A stretch of 64,000 bases of DNA, from assembly GCA_002633005.1 (NCBI GenBank), contig NMRA01000289.1:375171-439170 (forward strand), written 5' to 3'. The translations under genes and the position numbers were made by a program. The DNA is from Phoronis australis (Eukaryota > Animalia > Phoronida). This document shows positions 40,018-53,209 of this stretch, piece after piece; the stretch's first letter is position 1; the number at the start of each line of letters is the position of its first letter. A model generated the notes under the pieces. It saw only the letters and a list, made by a program, of their open reading frames with translations. It had not been told where the DNA came from and ran no database searches.

Positions 40018-43000
40018 TACTTTGGAAACAATATATTGCCGCATTGTTTCACGAGACTTTTAAATGGTGCGATATTAGAAATACCATCGTCAGTATTTGA
40101 AACATTTTCCATGCTTGTAATTGGCTGAACAAATCTAAACTGACTGGAGAAATAGGAAGCAATAATACAATTAGCATTTTGTTATATGGTTGTACACAAT
40201 ATTATTGCTTGTCAAAAACAAGACACATGCACTGCCTGTGAATAGTGCACTGAGTAATACTAGTTACCTGAGGAGAAGGAATAACTGTGTCAGCAGCTCA
40301 ATGCATTCAGCTCCACACTTTGGAAGACCTGGGATCAAATCTTGTATTTAAGATATGAAATATATAAATGTGTATGCTATTATTTTCCTTGTACAAATAA
40401 CTTTATTTTGCCTCAAGATTTTTCTTCTCACAAAATATCTTGTTTCTATGATTTTTGGTATTAGTAAAATCAACTTACAAAGAGACTGAAGATTTAAGAG
40501 TTTTTGGTTTCATGTTTATTTTCTTGATGTTTTTGTGAATTTTATTTTTTCTCAGTACTTCTACTTTCTAGAGATTTCCGCTTTTCTTTTGTTTTTGAAT
40601 GTTTCCTTTTTGTATTGCCCCGTTTTCCCGTTTTCGCTGTTTTTTGTTTTCGTTTTCTGGTTATTGCCGAAGACTTCTGGTCACTGCCTTAGTTCAGACG
40701 GTAGTGTATGAAACTTTTAATTTCAGTCTCGTGTGTTCGACACCCACCGTGGGCGAACACTTGCGGTATAAACTGAACGTTCCACGCTAAATAAATTACA
40801 TACACATCACATCGCATCACATTGGAACGAACTGCGCGGTATACAGTGCATAAATTACACGCAAACCGATTGGCCAGCACTAACAGGACCACCGTCAAAG
40901 TGCGTGATGCTGACTGTGAAACTGTCTGGAGCAAAATTTCCAATTAATGTCCCTGACTTGCGTTGAGTGACAGTGCAGTATCCAATGTAGTGATTTATAT
41001 ATTTATCATTTAATTCATTTTAGTGACATGGATGCCTCGCAGAATAAATACAAAAACAAATATGCAACATGTCCCCAGCCTCTTCTCAACCAAGAAAAGT
41101 TCACAATTGACTTGAGGTGGAAGCAGTTGGTTTTCTTCCTCAACTTGACCACTTGAACGCATGCGAATTCTGCCACAGTATCGAAATCGTACCACACTGG
41201 TCTCCGTGTATCTCTGAAGCGGAAAATCCAACCTTTAAAATTTCATTTCTACGTCCACTTGACTACGGATGCTCCTGGGGCAAAAATTATAATTGGATTT
41301 GACAAATATATTTCTGTAATTATAAAACGTAATCCACCATGTGCAAAATCGCACAAGGTCAAGTGTTTCAATGACTTGAATGCAGAACTACTTTACCACG
41401 CTGAACGCGTCACATCTTAATTCATCACGAACTGGAATTTTACACAGACGAAGATTTCAGAAATGCTGTTGGTTGTTCACATGTGTTGTAACTTAACTTT
41501 TATTTTTAACAGCACAACCCAGTCAGTGTAGATACGATCTTATTGGAGATTAGAGCAATTATCGAACAAGAGAGCGGCCTTCCAACCATAAATGCCAGAA
41601 TGGAGTTAATCAGTCGTGTAAGATATTGGCTACAGGAATAAACTTTCCAAATTGTTGTTGGGCTATAGAATCGAACAAGTTGGGAGCAACGGGAAAACGC
41701 CGTAATGAACTTAACAAACACATCAAAAGTTCAGTCGCTGTTCGCGTAACTTCGTGACGGAGTGAACTGAAGAATTTTACAATGGTAACACAATAGTGAG
41801 TTTCGGAACAAATGGTGTGTAATCAGTAGTTTTTGTAGAAAAATTCCATTGATTACTTTTTTAATTTCTTTCTGCAGTCCTAATACATTTAAATCTAAAA
41901 GATTATAACATTTACTATTACTTCTTATTTTCTAATTTTATTATTGTTATATTATCATATATTTGCATTATTATTCTTTATTTATTATTATTTATTTTTA
42001 TTTATTCATTCATTGTTTTTATTGATTCGCTGTTATTTATTTAAATTATTTCTTGTGATCCCAAGCAGTTAACATTCTGGCCATCGTTGGTCAATAATTT
42101 CTATTTTATAATCATGATATGGACTTCAGTGCATAAAAAGTATTAATTGTATGGTTTGGTAACCCGCTTGATAATTTTCCATAAGAAGTGTCGAAGGAAG
42201 TGTTCTTTTAAAAGCCCATTGAGTCTTACATCGGAGTGTACTTCGGTAGTATGTGTACTATCTTGGAAACCCCGTCACACTCAGTGACGATGTTGTTTCT
42301 TTAGATTTTTGTTTTGACACGGAAACATCAAGTCACGAAATAAGGCGTCCTTTTGTTATTTACTTTAAAGTTGGCTACTTTTACCCGTCGATGTAGGCTG
42401 AATATGCCTTAATTAACTGCTGATAGTTGATTTTAAAAAGTGTGAATGTTCTTCGAGAGCTGGAACGCATCGTAAAAATTACCCCAAATGGACTGTGTAT
42501 CCAATAGGCGTCTTGGCTATGGGCATATAAGGCAGGTTTATTGGAATGCAGACAGGAATTCCATCTATTGCTGGTTTTCAACCACCTAACCCTCTTGAAT
42601 CCAGTTCCATTCAATGCAAACCACCCCAATTTCCCTACCCATTTCAGATACCATCAGGCACGGATGCTGGCGGTCCAGTGAATCAGTCCCAAATAGCGAC
42701 TCCACTCTATTCAATTAAAACTACTACATATACATATTTGTGCTTTAAGTTTGTAGCATTAATATAAGGGTCTTCAAATGCAAACTTGGACTAGAAACTG
42801 GCAGGCATAAACTATAATGTATTCGAGCACCGTGACAGTGATAACCACTTATATTGAGTTCGGACAACAGGAGCAGAGAAATTGACAAATACAATTTCGA
42901 ATTCGTTTCCACTCAGTACGATTAGAGACCGGCCAGTTGTTTGTCAGTAGCTAACGATAGTGAGAGCGTGAGAGTGTGAGAGTGTGGTGAAAGTGCGTTG

Positions 43001-43308
43001 AGAGTGCGGTGAAAGTGTTAGAGTGGACTTGAGCCACCTTTCTTAAAAAATATTTGATCTGACCTCCCCTTTAAAAATCATTGCTGCCCATGAGTCGACT
43101 GATATTTGGGGCTGTTTCCAGTGGCAGATTTAGAGGGGGACATGGTCCCCCTAAAATTCTCCCAGATTCCATTTGGCAGTTCGTGGGTTTGAATGTCTGA
43201 CGCGGCGCACTGCCGGGCTGATACTCTGCCCTGCCCCCTGCCCCTGGTTTCGTGTAACTGGGCACAGGGCCCCCTGCTTCGACACAAACTATATCTGAAA
43301 ACATATAT

Positions 43309-43506
43309 GGTTGGGGGGATGAGAATCAGTGTTAATTTTTCAGTCAGTTATTGTGTACTGAAATTTTAATAATTAATTGTTAATTAATTGATGTTAACAC
43401 CTCAGGGAATATACCGGGGTTGGGGGGATGAGAATCAGTGTTAATTTTTCAGTTATTGTGTACTGAAATTTTAATAATTAATTGTTAATTAATTGATGTT
43501 AACACC
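43309..43506. repeat. Tandem duplication of ~90 bp
   Basis: 43309..43401 and 43418..43506 are identical except for a 4-bp indel; 16-bp spacer. Confidence 0.9.
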
Positions 43507-43716
43507 GATATTCAGTTGGGAAAAGAAAGCTAGGGCCTATTTCCGCCCCCAAACTTTCGGTTCGAGGGCCGCCCCCGGTTTTTGCTCCTACCTCTTCTTC
43601 AGCAGGTCTGTCAGTCTTATGTTTATTACCTCCCTGACCTCCCTGGACAAAATCCTACATGTTCTGTTCCTGCTCACCCTCCAATCACATATTTTCACCT
43701 GTTTTCACCTGTGATT

Positions 43717-43818
43717 AGTTTGTTTGCGTAAAGCGCTCCCTGTTGAGAATTCGACTAGCCAATCAGAAACACCGGTGTAAAAGCTTACTCACCTAGCGGG
43801 ACACAGGGAACCAGCGAG
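43717..43818 (+). repeat. CCAAT-containing dispersed repeat, inverted homolog of 53361..53508
   Basis: agtttgtttgcg.aaagcgct.cctgttga..cgactagccaatcagaaac.ccggtgtaaaa..cacctagcgg.ac.cagggaaccagcgag shared in reverse complement. Confidence 0.85.
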
Positions 43819-43872
43819 TGTTACGTGGTTGAGTGTTATCATTTTTGCAGACGCTTATAATTAAACGCACAG
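43819..43872 (+). promoter_or_regulatory. Candidate non-coding first exon of SLC35B2 downstream of a CCAAT box
   Basis: agccaatcag at 43757..43766, locally CpG-rich sequence, donor cag|gtaaat at 43873. The coding exon at 45439 starts at an acceptor, so an upstream exon is expected. Confidence 0.35.
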
Positions 43873-45439
43873 GTAAATTAATCTATGTTGATGAACTTTG
43901 CTACTCCCTCGAACGTCTTTGTTTGGTGTGACTAGCAATGGCGATGACGGGATGGGAACAGTTTCGTCCACGGCACTGGTGACAAACACTCACTGAAGCA
44001 GTCAATCATTGACTGATCTGTGATCATCACGAAACTTATTTATGTAGCCTTGTCAAAGCTGTAGGCCTATAAATATGTTTTTGCGTGCTTGACATTTATC
44101 TCAAGGCCACGTATGTGTGAACTTGTGCGGTCATCAAAGCAACCAAGGGAAACTTGTTCACTTTAAAGAGTGTTAGTAATGACAACTTAGCACCTTAACG
44201 TAGCCAACACGTAGTCGTAGCATAGCCCCTCAGTGCAGAATCTAGGGCGATGTAATTGCCTTCTTAACGTGGAGCAGCGGCCTTACCGGTAGGCAACAAC
44301 AAGCAGACGGCTTTGCTTACCGTTTAACTGAACTACAGGCGTCCTCAGCTTCTTATCCTCCCCAATACATTATACTATATATATTATAGTGTATTGCGGA
44401 CTATCAGAAGCTGAGGACGCCAGTGGCAGTGGACTGAACTGGGTTTGGACGGGGACCATCCCACATAGGCCTTCTAGTCTTCAACACTCCTGAAACTTTT
44501 TTGGGGAAACTGTCTCACTCTGGATACAGCCTGATTGCTTGCTGAAAGACTGCCAACAGGATTCCCGCCGGCAGTATATATAAATAAAAGAAACTTCGGG
44601 GAACCATAAAACTGACAAATCACAAGACAACACAGAAAGATAAAGGGCGGATGATGTCGACTATTACAACATTCCCCTCCTCCCTAAAAAAGTGTGGGGC
44701 CCACCTTGGAATCGACATCATTCGCCAGATATGAAAAACTTCCCAAAAATTTAACCTTTTGGAGCACTCGGCCAAGAACTCACGTGTTCTATACCATTAG
44801 TAAGTCCGAAGAGGGTCCCTAGTGAGTACTTCTACCGCTAGGTGTCTGCTCTCCTGTCTGGGGGGGTAGGTGGGTGGGTGGGTGGTTCCTCATAAGGTTT
44901 TTTTATTTATGATTTATTTCACGTGTTCAAGTGTGCTGGCACTTCGACCTTCTATATTATTTGATGTACTTCTATCCTTAACCCATGTGTTTTATTCTCT
45001 GATTGTAGGGGAACTGCCCTTGTTGTACTAACACTCCTGTAAATGACTATTACCATATCTTGTACCAAATTTTAGAGACAGTCAGTGTTGGCTGTTCCAA
45101 ATTCAAGAATTGCACTGAACAACAAATGACAGACCATTCAACTCCATGTTGAGCTGCATGAATATGCTGCATTGCTGGCTATTTTGTGAACTGCCATTTG
45201 AAGTATATTTTCGGACAGTCGATACAAAATGCGTAAAGTACTTGAGAAATAAAATGAAAGCCAAACTTGCCCGCGTTGCAATCTTCAGAGTTAAAACTAT
45301 CCAATTTTCACTTGAATTTTAATTCAGTGTATCCAATTATTGAGACTATTCTAAATAGGAGATTTTTTACTGTGGTTATCAGTAACCCTGCACTATCTTT
45401 ATTTTATGTTCATGCGCTATTTCTATTTTGTGTTGTAGA

Positions 45440-45680
45440 ATGCAGTGGACCAGATGTCTGCTGTCCATGTTCGTCCTCTGCTGGTACTGCTCCCTTGTAT
45501 GTGTAGCAGACAAGTTGGCGAACCCCAGCGGAATGGAAGGCTCTGTTAGTGAGAGCACCAGTTTTGCTGACTTTTGGCTGGTGAAATTCATGTTGAATGT
45601 GGCTGGCTACGCTACACTGATCATTCCAGCCTACTTCTTGATTAAGTATTTGAAGAGGACTGGTTATAACGAAAAAGCAG
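45440..45680 (+). CDS. SLC35B2: SLC35B2 coding exon 1
   Basis: Acceptor tgttgtag| at 45438, ATG at 45440, hydrophobic leader MQWTRCLLSMFVLCWYCSLVCVA; donor cag|gtagcg at 45681. Confidence 0.9.
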
Positions 45681-48600
45681 GTAGCGCGATTTCTCGCTTT
45701 CATTGTTTAAAGGCGCGGTTGCTTAAAGGAGTAAAAGCAACCTTTTTCATGTCAATTTTAGAAAAAATACAGTTTGCTGATTATCCCAGACATATTTTTC
45801 AGTTAATTCCGGTTTCGTGAGATTTTATTAATTAGTTGTGCCTTGCTCCAGAAGTGATGTTTAGGGGGTTAAGAATTCCCCACCATTTTGTTTTCATGTA
45901 GTCTTGCTGTGTGACCTGTAGAGTCAGTCATTGTTTTACCTTGGTTTTTAGTTGGGGTTTTGTTAGCGCTTGTATACAAGTCATTCAACATGCCACACAG
46001 TTGCTGCGTACCGGGATGTACTTGTTATCGTCTCACATGCACTTTGGGTTTGCCAGTACACTGCTTTCCGAAAAATGACACCCTCTATAGTACTTAGCTC
46101 GTTGGTGTGAAGAATGCAGTGTTACTGTCTACGCAACGCGAAAAGCAGTGGAGAATTACCGAGTGTGTGGCAAGCGTTTTCTGCCGTTGGATTACGAAAG
46201 AGATATATATGCGGAGTCTGTGAATGTCCCTGCAAAACAACCCCCGAAGAAGGCTGTTGCTGTCAATTCCCGGCATTGCTTCATCACCACCCCCGAGTAG
46301 TGCATTTTTGAAACGAGCGGCCTAATGAGGTTTGGCTTCTACAGTGATTGGAGACGCTTTATCTACTGTCACCCGTGCCTCCGAACATACCTCAGAACTA
46401 GCAGTGATTTGCCTTTTGCTGGTGTTGTCTCCAGCCCAGAGCTTGTAAGCAGCCCAGCAGCGATGTTTAGTAGTGGTAGTGAATACAGGCCAAGTTCGAC
46501 GCCCAGTGGGGAGGACATTTCGTCGTCCAGTGGTCAGGCCAGTGATCCAAACTTTGATAAGTTTACCCTGGACTTGACTAAAGTATTGGAGCTATTTAGA
46601 AGGTATCAGGTGTGTGGTGAGGGAGTCACACGGCGGGATCTAAGCGGTTTGGGTGCTCAGGTCATCATGCAGTGGGAACAGCATAGGCTTACCATTGATG
46701 TCGGCATAACAGCACACCTTGCATTTGCACCAAGACGTCCCACAACGTTTGACCTCAGTCTGCCTCATTCCTCTCAGCAGCTGTCAGTATTCTGCCTCAC
46801 TATACTCGGGCTCAAACATATATCCACCCACTGCTACTCAAACTAAAAGAGTCCTAAATCCAATGTAATGGAGTTCTTTAACAACCTAGCTTATTGTAGA
46901 ATACTCGTTGATAGGAAGTGGTGATTACAATTTTAGGAGACCGGCACAAAATCAACAGTAAAACAGATCCTCACAGTAACTCGAAAGCACTAGAAACGAA
47001 ATGGCGAGAAATTTTTACCTCCCTAAAAGTGACTTCCGGTCGGAGTAGTGCACGACTAATTTATAAAATTATGGGTAGCCGTATTTAAGTGAAGCATATG
47101 TCTGGGATGATCAGCGAACCCTATTTTTACTAAAAATGACACAAAAAAGGTTGCCTTCCCCTTTAAAAGTTAATATGATGGATGGCAGCAATGTCATCAT
47201 TGCATTAACACACGTTTCCAATTGTTGAACCATTTGCTCGATGTCATGCGACAATTTTAATTGTAACTTATCCAGCGTACAAGTTGTGAAGTTTTATGCA
47301 ACCCAGCCCTGGGTTAATGCCCGAGTCATTTCATTTGAACTCAGTTATCAGGAAGCATCGGCTTTTGACTGCAAAATGTTGGTACAGTTGGGAATGTCTG
47401 TGTCCTGTGAATGACTGATTTGATTAATTGTTGCATCAAGTTGTGTTAACGTCAATCACGTGATGTGCAAATATAAAAAACAGGTGGAATGTAGAAAATT
47501 TATTCTTTATCACACGTATGGGATAGTCTCACTTCTTTAGGACACAATATGGTGGAGAAGTAACATCTTTTGTCTCATTTTCCATGAGAGATATATAACA
47601 TTGAATTGAGACTTTTTCATCTTCAATTTATTTCCGTAACCATGTAGCTTTCATCAGAAAGTATTTTGAAAGATTTTGGTCTCACACAACAGTGTTAGAA
47701 GCCCTTGAAATATGAAAAAAGGCAATTTTGTCAATAATTTTATCTGAAATTAGTTAGGTTTCACTGTACTATAAGAGGGCATGGGTTTTGGAAGCTGAGT
47801 GTTCTCAGGCTGAAACAGTCAGCTTCAGAGTGATAAGAGGTCTTGATTCTTCAATTGGGGATAGGTGTATCTGAACATGGGTGTTTAAACAGAAAATTTT
47901 GAAAATTCTATAGCCATGTATTAAGCCAGTTATGCGTGTTTACACAGTTGAACATGATGGTATTTCTGACTCAGAGCAAGGTTGCATAAATCTCAACTTA
48001 ATTTCAAATAATTTTGCTGTTGTGCTGTTGTTTTTGAAACATTTAGACATTTGGTCATCAACAATTTATGCAAGTTCAAAAGTTCTTTCTTGTTTTCATG
48101 ATTTATTATATGAATAACACTAAATTGTTCAAAAGCATTGGCTGTCTTATTTCCTTATGACTCAAGGCATTTTAATCAGTGTAAATTTTACATTGACTGT
48201 CCATTTTAATGGCAACTTCCATGTGAGATAATTGTCGTTTTAAAGAAGTAAAGAATTATGACTTATTATTTACGATCTATATCATTCCTTTAAAGGACAT
48301 GGATTGATTCCCACCATTGTCCGACTTTGCGTTTTCGGACGAAGCACAGAAATCTCTCCAGCTGAGGACAGTGGCAGTTCACTTAAGACACAAGCCCCAC
48401 AGCCTGAACGGTCTCAGTTCATGAACGTGATTGTATTGTGTTTTTGTTTTGTCGGACTCCAGGGCTCCTACCTGACTTGGGGGGTGTTACAGGAGAGAAT
48501 TATGACCCACGAGTATAAAGTTTCTGACTCGGAGCCAGCGGAGAAATTCAAGAACTCACAGTTTCTTGTCTTCATGAACCGTGTTTTGGCATTTGTGGCG

Positions 48601-49422
48601 GCGTGCATGGTGCTGGCAATACGTCAACAGCCTCGGCATACGGCGCCACTCTACAGTTATTCCTTCTGTTCCATCTCTAACATCATGAGCAGTTGGTGCC
48701 AATATGAGGCACTCAAATTTGTCACGTTTCCCACCCAGGTTCTTGTCAAAGCCTCCAAGACAATCCCTGTTATGCTGATGGGAAAGCTGGTCTCCAAGAA
48801 AACATTTCAGACGTATGAGTACCTAACGGCAGCCATGATATCTTTAGGCGTCGCCATGTTCTTGTTGTCAAGCAGCGATGAAAGTAAACACAAGAAAGCT
48901 GCGAGTGTCACTACATTTTCTGGTGTCCTTATCATGGCAGGTTATTTGGGATTTGATAGTTTCACATCCAACTGGCAGGGGGCATTGTTCAGCAAGCACA
49001 AGATGACCTCATTTCAAATGATGGCTGGGGTCAACCTCTTCTCTTGTCTTTTCACTAGCATTGCTCTCATTGAGCAGGGTGGGTTCACAGATGGTGTGTC
49101 CTTTATGTTAAAGTATCCGCTATTTTTAACACATGTTTGCACATTGTCTCTGTGCTCTGCCATTGGACAGTTGTTCATTTATTACACTATCAGTCAGTTT
49201 GGACCTGTTACTTTCACAATTATCATGACCATAAGAATGGCACTATCTATTCTTCTGTCTTGCGTAATCTATGGCCATCCTGTCACGGCGATGGCATTTC
49301 TTGGAATTCTTGTTGTTTTTGTTGCCATTTTCCTTCGCATTTATTGCAATCAGCGAGCTCGTGCGCTGAAGAAGATGGCTGCTCGTGCAGACAGTGATCA
49401 ATCTACAGTTTCCAAGGTTTAG
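45440..49422 (+). CDS. SLC35B2: Adenosine 3'-phospho 5'-phosphosulfate transporter 1 (PAPST1/slalom), join(45440..45680,48296..49422), 455 aa
   Basis: 241+1127 = 1368 nt, phase-1 GT..AG intron. UAA-family motifs GLQGSYLTWGVLQERIMT, SQFLVFMNR, SSWCQYEALKFVTFPTQVL.KASK, DSFTSNWQ, GQLFIYYTISQFG. N-terminal exon FWLVKFMLNVAGYATLIIPAY is characteristic of SLC35B2. Confidence 0.95.
45727..47162 (+). mobile_element. Kolobok-type DNA transposon, internally deleted, in the SLC35B2 intron
   Basis: TTAA on both flanks (45723..45726, 47163..47166), AGG..CCT termini, ~65-bp imperfect TIRs (gcaacctttt..tgtca..tttag.aaaaata..gctgat.atcccagacatat); contains THAP and transposase N-terminal remnants. Confidence 0.85.
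45990..46700 (+). pseudogene. Decayed THAP-domain / Kolobok transposase N-terminus
   Basis: MPHSCCVPGC...VHCFPKNDTLYST*LVGVKN... then a frameshift to NYRVCGKRFLPLDYERD (THAP pattern with W>stop and H>R); downstream DKFTLDLTKVLELFRRYQVCG..GAQVIMQW resembles the Kolobok transposase region after THAP. Confidence 0.75.
47520..47735 (+). repeat. Member of an old dispersed repeat family (other copies near 3600..3800, 21480..21600 inverted, 31750..31950, 54760..54965 inverted)
   Basis: Shared core taggacacaatatg(g/a)..ga..tttctcattt followed by aaaaa..caattttg; boundaries approximate. Confidence 0.55.
48296..49422 (+). CDS. SLC35B2: SLC35B2 large terminal coding exon
   Basis: Acceptor ttcctttaaag|; GHGLIPTIVRLCVFG... 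continuing into the 372-aa multi-TM ORF ending SKV*. Confidence 0.96.
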
Positions 49423-51459
49423 TTCAGTCCTTAGCTTCAACTAGAAGTTATTTTTTCAAAACCTTTATTTTCGTTTTTATTTAAGTATTTAACTAGCCCA
49501 GCAAATGAACTGAAACAGTTCTTAAAATGTATTCACTCTTATAGCTGTATGTTATGTTAAGTTCTTAGAACTAAAATGGCCTGTTCCCCCATTAGTGCTT
49601 GGGAAATGCACAGGCGCTCGAATTTTCCGATGACTCATAACCATATATTTCTTAGTTAGTGTCGTCAGTCGTGAATGAGGAACAGATAAACTCAAATGCC
49701 TGTGGGGAAATAGTAGTAATGATATTAGTTCTTCCGTCTATTTTTCTGACCATAGAAACTTGGTATGCTGGGAACAAATCTAGTCTTGAACTCAAACTGG
49801 ATCTGTAATTGAGTTTAGATAGTTTGTGTTCTACATAGTAAGTTTGAACTCAAGATAGGTTTCTTAGTGTTTGTACTTGAGAACACGTGGTGACATTTGA
49901 GTTCGGAGACTGGATTTCATGCCTCGATGATCTGAACTGTATGTGAGTTTGTTGACAGAGGTGATTTTTAAAATGGATTACTTTTTGTTTTGCAGTCTCC
50001 AAATTAAGGGAAAACTCGACTTATGATCGTCTGACATGCAAGTTTTACGGCTAGTATAGTTAAAAGACGTATTTTGTCCTAGTTGTCACTTCAATTGTAT
50101 TTTGAGCTTTTAATCGAAATGTCAAAACCAACAGCTGTTATGCGATGTACTAACCGACAAATCCTTATCACTAATCTATTTTAAATGGAAGTCCCAGAGT
50201 GCCAATTTCGAATTTGAGGGCTTGCGAACCCCAATAAAATCGACAATTTTCCTGGTGCATTTCTTGACTGCTGCATTGACCCTTTGTTCCTTTTGGCAAC
50301 AGAAAACAGGTGCTATTATTGTATGAACTGTTTAGTAGGAGTGAAATGACTGCTTAACAGGTTGAATTCCATCTTTAATTCATAATTGCAGATCATTTTA
50401 GAAAATACCCCTTTGTGTCCATTTTCTCCAGGACATTGATATTTTTAGAGTCTCATTTATTGGATTTCGACCTATCAACATTAATTATAGAGCCCATAGT
50501 GCCCTGTGGGGTAGGGCACTTACCATAAATGAACCATTTAATAATTGTAGTGAACTTGTTGGCTGGAGTACTACATAATTGGTCGTGGGATTAGGGTCCT
50601 CATTTACAGATGATGCCATAGTATTCATTTGCTGTACAATAGAATGTTTCTTTTGTTTTCTGTTTGTTTTTTCTCTATTTTGTAGTAGCACGCATTATAG
50701 TGTGGATAATAGGTACTGCTTGGCTTTGGACATGTAATTCGTTGCACATTGTACTTTTAAAAGTAAGCTGTCAAAACAGGCTTTGAATCTCAAAGATGAC
50801 TTCCTGAAGCAGTTCTGTCAGATGGCATAGTTAAACTATTCAATAATATTTGATATTAGATTTTAGAATCTCAATACTTGAACCTGCAGTTGTGTTCTCA
50901 GAACAAGCGTTTAGGTTGTGTAGGCCTACAAGCAATTCAGTTGGCTGTGTTCACCTCAAAAGTTTGCATGATAACCATGTTCTGTTTTCTGGGACTCGTT
51001 CAATCAGTGTTTATTTGGTAACGTTCCACAAGGTGGCTCTTTTGATAGAACATGGGAATTTCATGATAGAGGTCATCAAAAAGCAAATTTCATCTTTATT
51101 TGTGAAATAATTAGTTTAAAATGTGCACTTTTCTGAATTTTTGGATTATGGAGTGAATGTAATATTTTTATAAACCTTTGAATTTTTTTATTTCACTGTT
51201 CAAAGTCTCTAGTTGCTAGTTTAATGTGCATAGTGAATATGGATATAATGGGGACCAATACATTCTTGCTAGCAAAGAGAACCAGTTTTGGGTGTGTATT
51301 TTTAAAGTACTTTTCTATAGTTCAGATTGAGAAGTAGCGTGTATGTTGAATGAAATTTCTTCAAATTTTTTGCTTTGTCATAAAATTTGTTTTTTGTTGT
51401 TTTTTTGTTTGCATCCTACAAGTCACAATTATCTGATAAGGGTGGAATTTACACAAAAC

Positions 51460-52300
51460 GTTTGTATCGTAAGTAGCGGTAGCCTATTGTTTTTGGTTGA
51501 AGTCAGATGCAAGATGGCACAGTGACGGTCATTTTTCATTTTTTGGTTTCACAGCCATAGCTCCGTTGTTTCTGTTGTTTTTTTCTGTAGAGACATCATT
51601 TCTGGTGCTATAGGAAGTGCACATTTTTTCTCTTCGACTTACCATTCTCGAGTTATTCAAAATTTCTGGTGACTGGTTATGATTGGATATTCATGCCGTA
51701 TCTCCGGTGTCCCTTAAAAAATCTTTCTAAAAATCGGTAAATGGTTGGATCTTGTCGGCTGCTATCTGCATTGTGCAATCCATTTTTCACTACGCATTAT
51801 CGTTCTCGAGACATTCAAGATTTACTGGTCATATGACTGTTGTGTTATTGATTTATGTTTTGCTGTACTTTGGTGGCCCTTCTTGTGCTAGAGATCACAT
51901 TTTTGTATGATCGACATTAATTTTAAATACAATCGTGTTTCTATGATCAATAGCTCGAAGACTGTGGTTTGTGGATGATGAAATTGGACGCAAGATGGTG
52001 CTGTGATGGTGATTTTTAATTACTGTTTGTAAAGCTCTAGCCTTGCTATGCGTTTACCGAACCTTCTGAAATTTGGTATATAAACAGATCTCTTTGAGGG
52101 CTATCTGCAGTGGTTTCTCAATACTACTTACCAGTCTCAAGTTAATCCTCAATGCACTTTTAGAAGTTAATCATTTACTGCACTGTTATAGGCGTTTCGG
52201 GTCATGGCTGTTGGTGTTCTTGCTTTTGTCGTCTACCTCACCTCTAAATTTGCATTCAATTTTGCCAAGTGTCTCTCCTCAAAGGGATTTCAAAGGCAAC
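51460..52300 (+). mobile_element. Degenerate HINE/Helitron-like repeat, related to 62200..62600
   Basis: Repeated caagatgg..gtga.gg.cattttt blocks (~51510, ~51990, ~62290) and tgaaattt motifs; boundaries approximate. Confidence 0.45.
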
Positions 52301-53209
52301 TCCCCATTTTAAATGTTTTTAAACATGTGCTTTACATGAACACATGTAAAACGACAACTAAACATGGTATTTGAAAATATTTTGGTAATCTTATAAAGAG
52401 AATGTTTGCCATTTTCTGATATTGCGTATAAGCTAATTATGTTATTTCTGTTTCTCATCTTTGTGGAAACTAACGACTGCTCATTTTACAAATGTACTGT
52501 AAGAGTGGTTATTGTTTGTTGAAAGTTAATTATTGCATCACCTGACAACAAAAACTTTCTTGTTCGCTCCTTGTAACCCTGTGTACTACATTTATGTCAT
52601 TTACTATGAATTATAGGGTACATGTCGGTGAACTTTTTGCCAGGCTGTGTGTGAGTTACAGTAACGTGAGGTAAATTTCACTTGAGATGCATGGCTCATC
52701 TCATGGCCCTAAGCCAAAGTAGTGTTTGTTGCAAATACATTACTGAAGTACGCATGTAAAGAAATATGAAGGTGACAAATGGTCTAGTTTTACCATCTGT
52801 TACTGTTTTTTGTTCGCTGTAAATCCATGTTCCTTCAAAGAAATGAGCTGCTGATTTACGCAGAACATTTCCTCACAGATAAGTGGTTTCCAGGCTTGCA
52901 ACATACTGGCATTTGATGATTGATTGAGATCAAGCTCCGTGTATAAAATGACCTGCCCTGAAACGCCATCTTGTTGAAGTCGGTCTGCTGCAATAATATT
53001 GAATTTTCAGTTTGTTCCAAGTGCATAAATAGATTTAATTGCAGTAAGGAACAAGTTGAGGTGCCATATTGCATTCCTCACCTGAGGTGGGTTATTGTAG
53101 TTAATACTTTTCAGATATGGACTGATCTGAAGGGATATTTCGGCTCGTACAGACTGACGGAGAGCACCTTACCTTATGTACCTGAAAGATCAGTTTACAT
53201 TTGTTTGAT

